Source: Vicugna vicugna (lineage: Eukaryota). From it: a DNA stretch of 64,000 nt. The DNA lies in contig MU059614.1 of NCBI GenBank assembly GCA_013265495.1, positions 1,465,601 through 1,529,600 of the forward strand, written 5' to 3'. Both the position numbers and the translations under genes were made by a program. This document shows, one piece after another, positions 48,660-60,372 of the stretch. Under the pieces are notes generated by a model. That model was not told where the DNA came from. It saw only the letters and a program-made list of their open reading frames with translations, and made no database searches. Position 1 is the stretch's first letter, and each line of letters begins with the position of its first letter.

Positions 48660-49000
48660 TCCCTCTGTTCCAGCCACACCGGCCTTCTCGCTGTCCCAAC
48701 ATTACACCAAGCATCCTCCTACCTCAGAGTCTTTGCACTTGCTTTTCCTTCTGCCCAGGACATCCTTCCTCCCTCCTGGCCCATGCCCTCATTTCATACT
48801 CAGATGTCACCTCCTCAAAGAGGCCTGCCCTGACTGCCTCAGTTCCTTCATGGTGCTCGTCACCACTGCACCTCCATCACTCCAAGTGTCTGCAGACCAT
48901 TGGTCTCTGTCACTGGAACATAAGCTCCATGAGGGAGGTCTCCATGCCATGTTCCTGTACCCCGGTGCCTGGCACAGGCCTGACACACAGTAGACACTTA
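48660..49000 (+). mobile_element. L2 LINE 3' end
   Basis: ccagccacaccggcc...ctttgcacttgcttttccttctgccc...cagatgtcacctcctc...taagctccatgaggg...cctggcacaggcctgacacacagtag. Confidence 0.7.
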
Positions 49001-51256
49001 GGAAAGGGCAGTAGATATTGTCAGAGAAACAGATCTGGGCTTCATGGACCAGGCTGTGTAGGGGAGGTGGTGAGCTCCCTGTCCCAGGAGGCATGCAAGC
49101 AGAGTTTGTTGGGGTTTGAGGCCTCATGAAGGTTGGATGGGCTGTAGGCTTCTCTGATGGTCAGAGCTGGGCTCCTGCAGGTTCCTGGTGTGGGGCTCTC
49201 CCAGGATTTCCATCAGGGCCTTACAGAATAAACAGGCCAGAGAATAAAAGGTGCCCCACATCTGCCTTCGGAGGGAGGTTTGAAGGCAGAGCCAGGGAAG
49301 GCAGGAGGAGGTTTCAGGTTTCCTGTCAGGGTCCTGATAGAATCAGGGCAGGAGAGGAAAAGAAGGAAGACAGGCTGAGGAGGGGCAGGGAAGGTGAGAG
49401 ATGGGATGGGAGGCCAGGGGGCCCACTGAGGCCGAGCCTGCACCTCTGTTCTTCCATGTGTTCACAGCATGCACACAGGAGCCACCTGGCCTTCTGAGTC
49501 TCCCTTGTGCGGGAAGCTGAGAGAATGGGCCACACTTTGGGAGCCCCAGCCAGCCTTTCAGACCCACTGTCTTGGCTCTCAGGGACTGGGGTGAGGCAGG
49601 AGGGGAGCATCCTTAAATTGTGCACTCTGGGCACCTCTCTCACCTCCTAAAATGCCGCACTCCAAGGCCAGGGGTGAAGGCTCAGAGAACGGGAGTGACC
49701 TGCCTGGCATTACACAGCAAGTGGTGGTGGAGGGAAGGCCATCCCCTTGGCTGTGGGGCTGGCTCTCCACTGGCCACCCCAACTCTTAGCCCTGGCACCC
49801 AGCTTCTGCAGAAATTGGTGGGCAGATCTGGCTCCAGGGGAGAGTGACATGGGGGCCGGTCAGGAAGGTCAGGATGTGGCTGGTCCCTCCACATGCCACC
49901 AGGTACCTCTTACCTGCTGTTTCTTAGCTTAGGTTGTGTCTCTCAGGCCAGCCCTCCTCTGGAAGCCTTTTCTGACCCCCTGCCTGCTCAGTCTGGGTAG
50001 GATGGGGCAGAGCACAGTGATGTGAGAAACGAGAAACAAAAGAGCAAGAGAGGAGAGAAGGGCAGAGAAGGATGGGTGGGGAGGGGGCAGCCAGCCCTGG
50101 GCCCTGCCCTGCAGTCTCAGGCGGGATCTGACCTGCTGTGTTCTGGCTCAAACACTGGGGTCACAGTGAGGAGGGGACATTGCCATGAGGTTTGAATTCG
50201 GGCCTCAGTGTCTTCCAGTCTCAAGTTACACAGATGAGGTCAAGGCCTTTCCAACAGCAATGCCGTGTTTGTTTTTTGGGGGTGAGGGAGGGCGTGAGCA
50301 CCCCTGGCTGAGGAGAGGGAGGTGTAGGTATCAGGGGAGAGGTCTGTTGCCCTTGGCACCCCTGCAAGGCCACAGAAGGACTCAGGCAAAGGGGGAGTGG
50401 GTGTCAGGGGAAGAGGAGGTTGGTCACTGTCCAGCCTCCTGGAGAAGGAGAGCCACCGGGGCGGGCCGGGTCTCCAGCTCCCCCAAACCACCTGCTCAGT
50501 TGGCCACCAAGGCTGCAGGAGACCAGGAGAGGGAGGCTGGCCTGGGTCTGGGAGTTTGCTTGAGCACAGAAGCCCAAGTTGGTAACCTGGGCTGCTGGCC
50601 AAGCTCTGTTCATCTGTGTCTGGGTGTTCAACTTTAACCTTACACAGAAGGGGAGATAAGCCCAGGTACCCCTTCAAAGACCCCCGGAGCCTGTCACCCC
50701 AGGGCTTCCTCAGCTTCTGTCCCAGGAATTGGGTTCCCTCTTGGCCTCCCCCTACCCTCCTCTACAGTGAGAATGTGAGCCAGACCCCCCATGCCAGACC
50801 CAGCCCCCTCTGCAAAGGGACACCTGTGTGGAGTCAGCTCTTATTGTTACTGTCTAGTTGTGCACTTCGGGGTAGGGGTTTCCCTACCTCACTCTGGCAC
50901 TTACGTGCTTACCCGGCTGGCCAGGTCCATGGGGTGGGGCGAGGCCCCATGCCGGGCTGCCCCAGGAGGGGACGGTCCCCACACCCACAGCCAGGCAGCC
51001 CCGAGCTTAATGAAGCGCCTACTGGCACTGAGCGCCGCACTCATTATCCCGTTTTCTTGTCCCCGTGGATGCCAGGGACATGTGCTTGTCCCATTTTCCG
51101 GGGGCGAACTGGGGCTTAGCGCGGTTGAGCCCCGCTCAGGGTGTCAGCGAGCCATTGATTTCGCTGCGGAGTGCTGGGGCGGCCCGGCCCGGCCCCACGC
51201 CCGCTCCGCCGCACCTCTCGGAGGTGCTAACGGAGGTGGGGGAAGCTGGGGGAACG

Positions 51257-51530
51257 TGACCGCCAGTAACCCCGGCGGACGTCGGCGCGGAGCGGGTTAA
51301 GGACTGGCGTCCGCTAGTAACCCCGGTCCGATTCCGCGTCGCGGGCGCAACCCGAGCCTCTCGCCGTGGGGGCGGGGCGGGGCCGAGGCGGGGCCCCAGG
51401 AGGAGGTGGCGCGGCGCTGATTGGCCGCGCGCGCTCACCCCATGCCCGGACCGCGGCCCCTGGAGGGCGTGGCTGGCCGGCGGGGCGGGGCCGGCGGCGG
51501 GCGCTCCGGGCGCTCCGCGGCTTTAAAGCG
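51257..51530 (+). promoter_or_regulatory. SREBF1: SREBP-1c promoter: two LXREs, NF-Y, SRE, Sp1, TATA-like
   Basis: TGACCG-ccag-TAACCC 51257-51272; CGTCCG-ctag-TAACCC 51308-51323; ATTGG 51420-51424; CTCACCCCAT 51434-51443; GC boxes; TTTAAA ~51522; matches the established SREBP-1c promoter layout. Confidence 0.9.
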
Positions 51531-51613
51531 CGGCGGGACGGGCAGGTGAAGTCCGCGCGCGGAGACCAGCCGCCTGGGCCCCCCGAGGGGCGCGGGCCGC
51601 GGGCCGCGGAGCC

Positions 51614-51632
51614 ATGGATTGCACATTCGAAG
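51614..51632 (+). CDS. SREBF1: SREBF1 exon 1c coding part (MDCTFE; SREBP-1c start)
   Basis: gccATGg ATT GC ACA TTC GAA G|gtattt; phase 1, as for exon 1a. Confidence 0.96.
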
Positions 51633-53012
51633 GTATTTTTTTGGAGGATCCCCTTTATCACAGAGCTTCCATCTCCGCCGCGGGGTCCCCATCCCCTGTG
51701 CCCCTGGGAACTCCAAAAAGGAACGGGCCAGTTCCTGAGGGAAGGTGTAACCGCTCCTGGCTCTCAGGGGAGCTGGCGGACCCCTCCCCAGCCTCAGTAG
51801 TTACCCCTACCTTAACCTCCAGAGTGACGGGGTGGCTTCCCCACATCCTCTGCTCCGCAGGGAAGAGGGCCAGTTGTCCTCTGTCTCCTGGGGCCCCCTT
51901 CTGGAGGCGCATCCTGGGCTTACCAGACAGACAGCGGGAACCCTGGGTTCCGCCAGTTCTTCTTTCGGAGCCTCAGTCTCTCCATGTGTCAGGGGGGCTC
52001 ATGAAAACTGAGCTGAGGGAGGTCCTGCAAGTGGAAATCCTCTATGCCTGTGCTCCCTGCGTGAACCTGGAGGGCCCGCGAAGGGTTTCTATTCAAGGAC
52101 CCAGCAGGGCTGAGCCTGGTTCCCCGATCTCATGCTGTTAGGGGCCACAGGAAGGACCCCTCCAGGAACTTTCCTGCCTGGGCACCTGTCAGTGGGAAGG
52201 AATCAAGCAATGCTGAGTCCCCTGTCCGTGCCACTGCCTGCCCAGCAGCCCTGCCAAGAAGGGTCTAACCTTTTTTGTTGTACAGATGAGGAAACTGAGG
52301 ACCAGTGAGAGGGAGCTCCTCATGGCGGGGTGGGCAGAGCCAGAAGCTCAGGCTGGGTCCCGCAGGTTTGCTTACCGGTCCTGCAGGGCACTTTGACCCA
52401 GTGAGTGGCTCCCTCAGTGGGTTAGAGGGCCCCAGGCTGACCCAGTCAGGCTGTGAGTCGCCAGCTGGGGGAGAGGGCCTGTGGCCAGGCTGGGGCTGCA
52501 GCAGGGAGCTTGTCCCAGTCTGTACGAGGAGCAGAGAGTCAGGACAGACAGCATTTGCTTTTGTAGAGAGGAAACCGAAGCCTGAATGGCCGGTCCCGAG
52601 GCCACTTGGCTGCAGACAGGATCTGGGCTTGTGCCCAGAACACACAGGGACACACTGCGTGGCACACATGTGGCCAGCGCCTGGCAGTGCCCCAAGCCTC
52701 GGTCTATTCCACAGAGAAATGGGTTGGCGAAGGCAGTTGCCGAGTCGGCAGTGGTGGGTCCGGGCCCCAGCTCTGCCTTAGCCTCAGCAATGGGCAAATT
52801 GGTAGGCCTCAGGGGGCCTCCCCTGCCTGGAGCTGACCTTGTCCAGTGCTGCAAGGCTGTCTGAGGCACCAGGCAATGCTCCGGGTGTCACAAGTGCCCA
52901 AGCTTGGGCTCATGATGTTGCTCCCACATGTATCCCTGGGTGGTTGGGGCGAGGGTGGGGTGCAGCTGGGCCACCCTCTTGGCCTCTGCTCACCCAGCTT
53001 CTCTCTCCTCAG

Positions 53013-53444
53013 ACATGCTCCAGCTCATCAACAACCAGGACAGCGACTTCCCAGGCCTGTTCGACCCCCCCTATGCTGGAGGCGGCACAGGGGGCACAGA
53101 CTCTGCCAGTCCCGACTCCAGCTCCCTGGGCAGCCTGTCCCCACCTCCTTCCACCATGAGCTCCCCTCTTGAAGGCTTCCTGGTGGGGGCCCAGGCCACA
53201 CCCCCGCCCTTGTCCCCTCCCCAGCCTGCACCCGCCCCACTGAAGATGTACCCATCCGGGCCTGCCTTCTCCCCTGGGCCTGGGGTCAAGGAGGAGCCAC
53301 TACCACTGAGCATCCTGCAGGCCTCCGCCCCACAGCCCCTGCCCGCGGCCCTCCTGCCCCAGAGCCTTCCAGCCCCAGCCCCACCGCAGTTCATCTCTGC
53401 CCCTGTGCTGGGCTATCCCAGCCCTCCTGGAGGCTTCTCCACAG
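53013..53444 (+). CDS. SREBF1: SREBF1 exon 2 ([18 protein letters not shown]...PPGGFST)
   Basis: ctcag|AC ATG...ACA G|gtaagg; 432 nt. Confidence 0.97.
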
Positions 53445-53803
53445 GTAAGGGGGCGTGTGGAGGGAGGGGGGCAGCAGGAGCCAGGGAGAAGGGTCTGTGG
53501 TGGTCAGTAGAGGAGCGTGCGGGCCTTAGAACCGGGTCTCTGCCCTGCTGTCTGAGGCGCCCTACTAGGAGTGTGTGCCAGTGCCCGAGTTGCTGGGTGA
53601 AGCACTGCCTCCCACTCTCCTGGGGTGGCGGGGGTGGCTTACACACTTGCATCAGAGCCCCAGGCAGGGGCTGTCCAGATGGGAACCGGAGGCCACAGAG
53701 GGCAGTGACTCACCCAAGGTCCCATGGTGGTAAGGACCCAAGGGGCGGGTTAAAAGCAGGTTAGGGTGGCCGATGTCCGCAGCCCCAGCCTTTACCTCTG
53801 CAG

Positions 53804-53991
53804 GGACCCCTCCAGGGAGTACCTCGCAGCCGCTGCCTGGTCCACCGCTGGCTCCCCTTCCGGCGGTCCCGCCTGTCTCCTTGCACACCCAGGTCCAGAG
53901 TGCGGCCCCCCAGCAGATGTTGACAGCCACAGCCACGCCCATGGCGGCTCCAGGAACCACCACGGTGACCTCACAGATCCAGCAGGTCCCG
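53804..53991 (+). CDS. SREBF1: SREBF1 exon 3
   Basis: tgcag|GG ACC...GTC CCG|gtgagg; 188 nt. Confidence 0.95.
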
Positions 53992-54076
53992 GTGAGGGGG
54001 TCTAGCCAGGCATCAGGGAGGTGGCAGCCCTGGGCCCAGACCCGCATCCCACTGCTGAGGCCTCACCCATCCTTAG

Positions 54077-54214
54077 GTCCTGCTGCAGCCTCACTTCATC
54101 AAAGCAGACTCACTGCTCCTGACGACCATGAAAGCAGACGTGGGAGCCTCCGTGAAGGCGGCAGGCATCGGCTCCCTGGCCCCCGGCACAGCCATGCAGG
54201 CAGCACCCCTGCAG
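54077..54214 (+). CDS. SREBF1: SREBF1 exon 4 ([16 protein letters not shown]...APLQ)
   Basis: cttag|GTC...CTG CAG|gtgggc; 138 nt. Confidence 0.95.
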
Positions 54215-54314
54215 GTGGGCGGCAAGTGGGCGGCAAGTGGGTGTCCCGGGCAGGGTGGGGGCCTGGGGTCTGCAGGCCTGCATGCCTGCCTGCTAACCGC
54301 GTCTGGCCTTGCAG

Positions 54315-54536
54315 ACCCTCGTGAGCGGTGGAACCATCCTGGCGACAGTGCCGCTGGTAGTGGATACCGACAAGCTGCCCATCAACCGCCTGGCCGCCGG
54401 AGGCAAGGCCCAGGGTTTGGCCCAGAGCCGTGGTGAGAAACGCACAGCGCACAATGCAATTGAGAAGCGCTACCGCTCTTCCATCAACGACAAGATCGCT
54501 GAGCTCAAGGACCTGGTGGTGGGCACAGAGGCCAAG
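54315..54536 (+). CDS. SREBF1: SREBF1 exon 5 (bHLH basic region [21 protein letters not shown] with SREBP-specific Tyr)
   Basis: tgcag|ACC...GCC AAG|gtgcgg; 222 nt. Confidence 0.98.
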
Positions 54537-54959
54537 GTGCGGGCGGGGCCCCCCACCTGGCGGCCCTGGAAGGAGGAGAAGGGTGGGCTGAACCAGACAG
54601 GCAGGGCCTGCGCCTTCCGACTTCTCTGGCCCGGGAGCCCCGTCTGTTCAGCCAGGCTTCGTCAAGGCCCTGTGCACCATGGGCTCTTCTGGGCACTGGG
54701 GGTTCAGCGGCAGACACACAGAAACCCTGCTGTGGCTCCAGGCGGGTGCCAGGGGTGCCAGTAGCCGGGGCGGGTAAACATTAGGGTGTGCCCGCTGGAG
54801 GAAGGGAACTGAAGCAGAGTGAGGGATGGTGAGAGTTGAAAACCTGACTTGGGTGGTCAGGGAAGGCCCCACACGGGTGACATATCACAGGAGGTGAGGT
54901 GCGGAGATGGTGGCGAGGAGGACAGCAGTTAGCCAGGTGCTGCTGTTTGTGTTTTACCT

Positions 54960-55060
54960 ATTAATCCTCATGCCCTTCCTGGGAGGTAGGTTCCACTAGG
55001 GAAGTAACATTCCACGTGGAAGGAATAGCAGGTGCAAAGGTCCTGAGGCAGCCGTGTTGC
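54960..55060 (-). mobile_element. L2 fragment in intron 5
   Basis: aacattccacgtggaaggaatagcaggtgcaaaggtcctgaggcag. Confidence 0.55.
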
Positions 55061-55143
55061 AAAACAGCCCTGCCCCTTTTGCTTAGGTGCCTACTTGTCT
55101 GCCCTGACTGGCCACCTGTGCTGTCTCCTTTCTCCTCCTGCAG

Positions 55144-55258
55144 CTGAATAAATCTGCTGTCTTGCGCAAGGCCATCGACTACATCCGCTTCCTGCAGCAG
55201 AGCAACCAGAAACTCAAGCAGGAGAACCTGAGTCTGCGCACTGCTGCCCACAAAAGCA
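55144..55258 (+). CDS. SREBF1: SREBF1 exon 6 (helix 2/zipper [38 protein letters not shown])
   Basis: tgcag|CTG...AGC A|gtgagt; 115 nt. Confidence 0.98.
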
Positions 55259-55483
55259 GTGAGTCCCAGCTTCCTTGCTCCCTTGGCTCTGGTCCTGCCT
55301 CCGGCCCTGTCCCATCCCTGGTCTCACCTTAACCTCTGACCCTACGAGGGCCTTTCACCCCTTCTTTGGCCTTCAACTGGCCTTCAGGAGCTAGGCCAAC
55401 TCCCAACTGCCCCCAGGCCCTGAGCTCTGATTTGGGGTGTGCTAGAGCATGTAGCTTTTAGCCTGCTCCTTTCTGGTCTACAG

Positions 55484-55704
55484 AATCTCTGAAGGACCTG
55501 GTGTCGGCATGTGGCAGTGGAGGACACGCAGACGTGCCCATGGAGGGCATGAAGCCAGAGGTGGTGGACACTCTGAGCCCACCACCCTCAGACGCCGGCT
55601 CACCTTCCCAGAGCAGCCCCGTGTCCCTTGGCAGCAGGGGCAGTAGCAGTGGTGGCAGTAGCAGTGACTCAGAGCCTGACAGCCCAGTCATTGAGGACAG
55701 CCAG
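55484..55704 (+). CDS. SREBF1: SREBF1 exon 7 (includes FBXW7 degron region [11 protein letters not shown])
   Basis: tacag|AA TCT...AGC CAG|gttggg; 221 nt. Confidence 0.96.
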
Positions 55705-55936
55705 GTTGGGTCCCACAGTGTTGCCCCCTTCCTGTCACCCCTCGATATCCTCTGGGCCCCAGGACTGGATCAGGCTCCTGACACGTCCCACCTCCCAGTT
55801 TATAGACAGAGAAACTGAGGCCTGGAGCCGTGTGGGGTCCCACAGTAAGGCCAGGTGAAGCGTGATCCCTCCTTCCCTGAGCCGAGCTCTCTGGGCCACT
55901 CCAGCCCCGGTCTCACTGCTCTGCCCACCTCAGCAG

Positions 55937-56138
55937 GTGAAGCCTGAGCAGCCGCCGTCCCCATACAGCCAGGGCATGCTGGACCGCTCCCGCCTGGCCC
56001 TGTGTGCCCTCGTCTTCCTCTGTCTCTCCTGCAACCCCTTGGCCTCCCTGCTGAGCAGCCGGGGACCCCCCGGCCCCTCCGATGCCGCCAGCATCTCCCA
56101 TGGTCCGAGGCGCAGCACGCTGGGCGCCGAGGGCAGAG
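55937..56138 (+). CDS. SREBF1: SREBF1 exon 8 (DRSR, TM1 with NP S2P motif, luminal S1P site RSTL)
   Basis: cagcag|GTG...AGA G|gtagga; 202 nt. Confidence 0.96.
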
Positions 56139-56268
56139 GTAGGACAAGCCAGCTGGGGCGTCGCTGGGAGAAAGGTGGGAAGGGGTCTCGGGATGCAGAC
56201 CCTAGGCCTGTGGGCTCAGGACTCTGGGGTTGCTGGGAGCCATGTCTACAGCCCCTGTCTGCCCCCAG

Positions 56269-56447
56269 ATGGCCCTGGCTGGGCCCTGTGGCTGCTGCCC
56301 CCGCTGGTTTGGCTGGTGAATGGGCTGCTGGTGGTGCTCTCCTTGGCACTTCTCTTTGTCTATGGAGAGCCAGTCACGCGGCCCCACTCAGGCCCCTCTG
56401 TGCGCTTCTGGAGACACCGCAAGCAGGCAGACCTGGACCTGGCCCGG
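56269..56447 (+). CDS. SREBF1: SREBF1 exon 9 (TM2)
   Basis: cccag|AT GGC...GCC CGG|gtaagg; 179 nt. Confidence 0.96.
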
Positions 56448-56715
56448 GTAAGGGGCTGCGCCCAGGGGTAGGGGTGGGCGGGGCAGGGACCCCAGGCCGT
56501 GTGTCGGGGGGTGCTGGGCCCAGCATGCATCTGCCCCGTCCACCCATTCTAGTCTACTTCTCTGACCCCCACTGACCCCTGGGGCCCAGCTCACGCTTCC
56601 GGGGACACTGGTGTCACAGGGAGAGCCCCAGGTGGAGTGCTCTTCAGGGCTGGAGGGGTGGCATGTGTGGAGGGGCTCCGGCGCCACCTTTCTAACCCAA
56701 GAACCTCATCCCCAG

Positions 56716-56977
56716 GGGGACTTTGCCCAGGCTGCCCAGCAGCTGTGGCTGGCCCTGCGGGCTCTCGGCCGGCCCCTGCCCACCTCCCACCTGGACCTGG
56801 CCTGCAGCCTGCTCTGGAGCCTCGTTCGCCACCTGCTGCAGCGTCTCTGGGTGGGCCGCTGGCTGGCCAGCCGGGCCGGGGGCCTGTGGAGAGATGGGGC
56901 TCTGCAGGCGGATGCCCGTGCCAGCGCCCGCGACGCCGCCTTGGTCTACCACAAGCTGCACCAGCTGCACGCCGTGG
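56716..56977 (+). CDS. SREBF1: SREBF1 exon 10
   Basis: cccag|GGG GAC...GTG G|gtacgc; 262 nt. Confidence 0.95.
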
Positions 56978-56989
56978 GTACGCGGGTGA

Positions 56990-57229
<240 letters not shown>

Positions 57230-57372
57230 TGATGGGCTGGCAGGGACAGGGCCGATGGCTCTCTAGCGAAGAGCTGCTGGGTTCAAGCAGTTGGTCCGAG
57301 GGAGGGCTGCCCTCCGGCGGGGGTCTCAGCCCAGGGTTGGTCCTGGTGTGACAGCCCACCCCTCCCCCACAG

Positions 57373-57541
57373 CGCCTCTTCCTGAGGAGTGCCCGCCAGG
57401 CCTGCCTGGCACAGAGGGGCTCGGTGCCGCTTGCCATGCAGTGGCTCTGCCACCCCGTGGGCCACCGTTTCTTCGTGGACGGGGACTGGGCCATGTGCAT
57501 TGCCCCACGGGACAGCCTGTACAGCGTGGCCGGGAACCCAG
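57373..57541 (+). CDS. SREBF1: SREBF1 exon 12
   Basis: cacag|CGC...CCA G|gtgcct; 169 nt. Confidence 0.95.
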
Positions 57542-57995
57542 GTGCCTTCTTCCCCTCTGCCCCCCTTCCCCTTTCCCTGGCCCCATCCTTCCTCCCCCAG
57601 TCCCATTCCTCATGCTCATTCCTGTCCAGTCCCTGGTCCCCTGCCCCTGCCCACCCTGTCTGTAGCTCTGCCATCTGCTGTTGCCACGGGGGCTGTAGGG
57701 ATGGGGAGGCCTTCCTGGCTCTGTCTCAGCTGGGGCTCTTCAGAGGCAAACAGGAAGACAGGGATTTGGGAGCAGGTGGTTGGTCTGGGAGGTGCTCCCG
57801 GGCAACATAGCTGTGCAGTGACGGGGTCAGGGAAGGGTGTGTGTCCAAGACAAGCTATCCTGTCCGAGGGCAGGGATGGAGTATTAATCCACCAGCTTTC
57901 ATCTATCTCAGAGCCAAGCCCACCCATGCCCAGGAAAGGGCCCAGGAGGGGTAGGGCCCCTTCCCACTGCCCCACTCACCCACTCCTCCCCACAG

Positions 57996-58104
57996 TGGAC
58001 CCCCTGGCCCAGGTGACTCAGCTATTTCGTGAACATCTCTTGGAACGAGCACTGAATTGTGTGGCCCAGCCCAGCCCTGGCCCTGGATCGGCTGATGGGG
58101 ACAG
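57996..58104 (+). CDS. SREBF1: SREBF1 exon 13
   Basis: cacag|TG GAC...GAC AG|gtgagc; 109 nt. Confidence 0.95.
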
Positions 58105-58386
58105 GTGAGCGGCCCTGTGTGCCTCACTAGGCCAGAGGCCCCGACCCTGGCGTCGGGGAAAGGCTCTGTCAGGCACCCGTGTAGGTGGCCAGAGCTGGGC
58201 TGCTGTCCACTCACTGTGTGGCCTCAGGTGCACCCCAGTTCCTCTCTGGGTCTCAGCTTCCCCCTTGGCCCAGCAGCAGGAGACAGCAGCACTTTCTGGA
58301 GCCAGGAAGTCAGGTTGTGCTGTGGGGGTAGGTGAGGAGGGCCAGTGCCCCTTCAGGACACTGCCACCTGTCCTCTCCTGCCACAG

Positions 58387-58499
58387 GGAGTTCTCAGATG
58401 CCCTTGGGTATCTGCAGCTGTTGAACAGCTGCTCCGATGCAGCTGAGGCCCCTTCCTGCAGCTTCTCCGTCAGCTCCAGCATGCCCGCCACCACCACCG
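58387..58499 (+). CDS. SREBF1: SREBF1 exon 14
   Basis: cacag|G GAG...ACC G|gtgagc; 113 nt. Confidence 0.95.
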
Positions 58500-58598
58500 G
58501 TGAGCCCCCAGCACCCCCAGCCCCAGCTCCACAGCCGCTTGGCCTCGGGTGCTCTGTGGCCGAGTCTCAGGGACCCCTCCCACCCCCTGTCCCTGCAG

Positions 58599-58731
58599 GC
58601 ACAGACCCAGTGGCCAAGTGGTGGGCCTCACTGACAGCTGTGGTGACCCACTGGCTGCGGCGGGATGCAGAGGCGGCCGAGCGGCTGTACCCGCTGGTGG
58701 AGCACCTGCCCCGCGCCCTGCAGGAGTCCGA
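58599..58731 (+). CDS. SREBF1: SREBF1 exon 15
   Basis: tgcag|GC ACA...TCC GA|gtgagt; 133 nt. Confidence 0.95.
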
Positions 58732-58878
58732 GTGAGTGTGCCGCCCCTGCCAGTCTTTGTTGGGTGTGGTTGGGGTCCCCGCCATTTTCTTCCCACGAAG
58801 CCACAACGAGGACAAAGGCAGCTTAGTGAGGGCTGGAGACCTGGTCTGACCACCACACCTCTGCCTTGGCCCCAACAG

Positions 58879-59044
58879 GAGACCCCTGCCCAGGGCGGCT
58901 CTGCATTCCTTCAAGGCTGCCCGGGCCCTCCTGGGCCGCGGGAAGGTGGAGTCTGGCCCAGCCAGCCTGGCCATGTGTGAGAAGGCCAGTGGCTACCTGC
59001 AGGACAGCCTGGCTGCCACACCAGCCGGCAGCTCCATTGACAAG
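58879..59044 (+). CDS. SREBF1: SREBF1 exon 16
   Basis: aacag|G AGA...GAC AAG|gtgagg; 166 nt. Confidence 0.95.
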
Positions 59045-59271
59045 GTGAGGGGTGGGGCTGGGGGCCTGGCTGGTCGTTCCCCTTGGGCTGCAGACTGCAG
59101 GGTCAGCCCAACAGCACAGAATGGGGAACCCAGCTGACCTCGCTTGCTGGCTAAGGTTCGAGCCCAGGGGGGAGCAGGTGCCCCTACCCTGGTGGGGTCG
59201 GGATGAGCGCAGTGGCAGGGCCCTCCTTGGAGGCTGCTCCCTAGGCAGGTGGGGGCGTGGGGGCCTGGAGA

Positions 59272-59365
59272 GCGGGCGGCCCCGCGGTGCATTGCTGTTG
59301 CATTGCACGTGTGAGGCGGGTGCAGTGCCTCGGCAGTGCAGCCCGGGGCCGGCCCCTGGCACCGC
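59272..59365 (+). ncRNA. MIR33B: pre-miR-33b hairpin (5p 59287-59306, 3p 59323-59344) in SREBF1 intron 16
   Basis: Mature GTGCATTGCTGTTGCATTGC and star CAGTGCCTCGGCAGTGCAGCCC read directly; established intronic position in SREBF1. Confidence 0.97.
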
Positions 59366-59433
59366 GGGCCCCCACTCTTCCCTCCCTGAGCTGGAGCCCC
59401 TGACCCCTGCCCTGCCCTGCCTGTCACCCCCAG

Positions 59434-59634
59434 GCCATGCAGCTGCTCCTGTGTGACCTGCTCCTTGTGGCGCGCACCAGCCTGTGGCAGAGGCAGAAGC
59501 CACCTACACCTGCCCAGGCCTCGCAGGGCCCGGGCGGTGGGGCCCAGGCCTCTGCCCTTGAGCTGCATGGCTTCCAGCGGGACCTGAGCAGCCTGAGGCG
59601 CCTGGCGCAGAGCTTCCGGCCTGCCATGCGGAGG
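59434..59634 (+). CDS. SREBF1: SREBF1 exon 17
   Basis: cccag|GCC ATG...CGG AGG|gtgagt; 201 nt. Confidence 0.95.
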
Positions 59635-59729
59635 GTGAGTGCCTGGGCCCCTGGGCTTGCAGTGGGGACTAGAGGCGTGAGGCAGGAGTGGGGGCCTGGC
59701 CAGAACCTCACCTGGCTCCTCCTGCCCAG

Positions 59730-59841
59730 GTGTTCCTACACGAGGCCACGGCCCGACTGATGGCAGGGGCCAGCCCCGCGCGGACACACCAGCTGCTGGA
59801 CCGCAGTCTGAGGAGGAGGACGGGCCCCTGCAGCAAAGGAG
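59730..59841 (+). CDS. SREBF1: SREBF1 exon 18(a)
   Basis: cccag|GTG TTC...GGA G|gtgaga; 112 nt. Confidence 0.95.
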
Positions 59842-59916
59842 GTGAGAAGGGCCGACCGCCTAGGCGGGGAGGGCCCCAGGCCACTTGAAGGCTGCAGACA
59901 CTTGAAGGCTGTGTAA

Positions 59917-60372
<456 letters not shown>

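Noticed and set aside
51614-52141. 175-aa ORF starting at the SREBP-1c ATG
   Set aside because: Simple read-through past the exon 1c donor into GC-rich intron; nothing protein-like after MDCTFE
55147-55152. AATAAA in SREBF1 exon 6
   Set aside because: Explained by Asn-Lys codons of the conserved LNKS helix; no downstream U/GU element noticed
55931-55936. NAGNAG acceptor (CAGCAG) at SREBF1 exon 8
   Set aside because: At most a one-Gln difference; very common and no evidence of regulation
59272-59365. miR-33b loop one GT repeat shorter than the human hairpin as recalled
   Set aside because: Loop-only difference; both arms intact, so unlikely to matter
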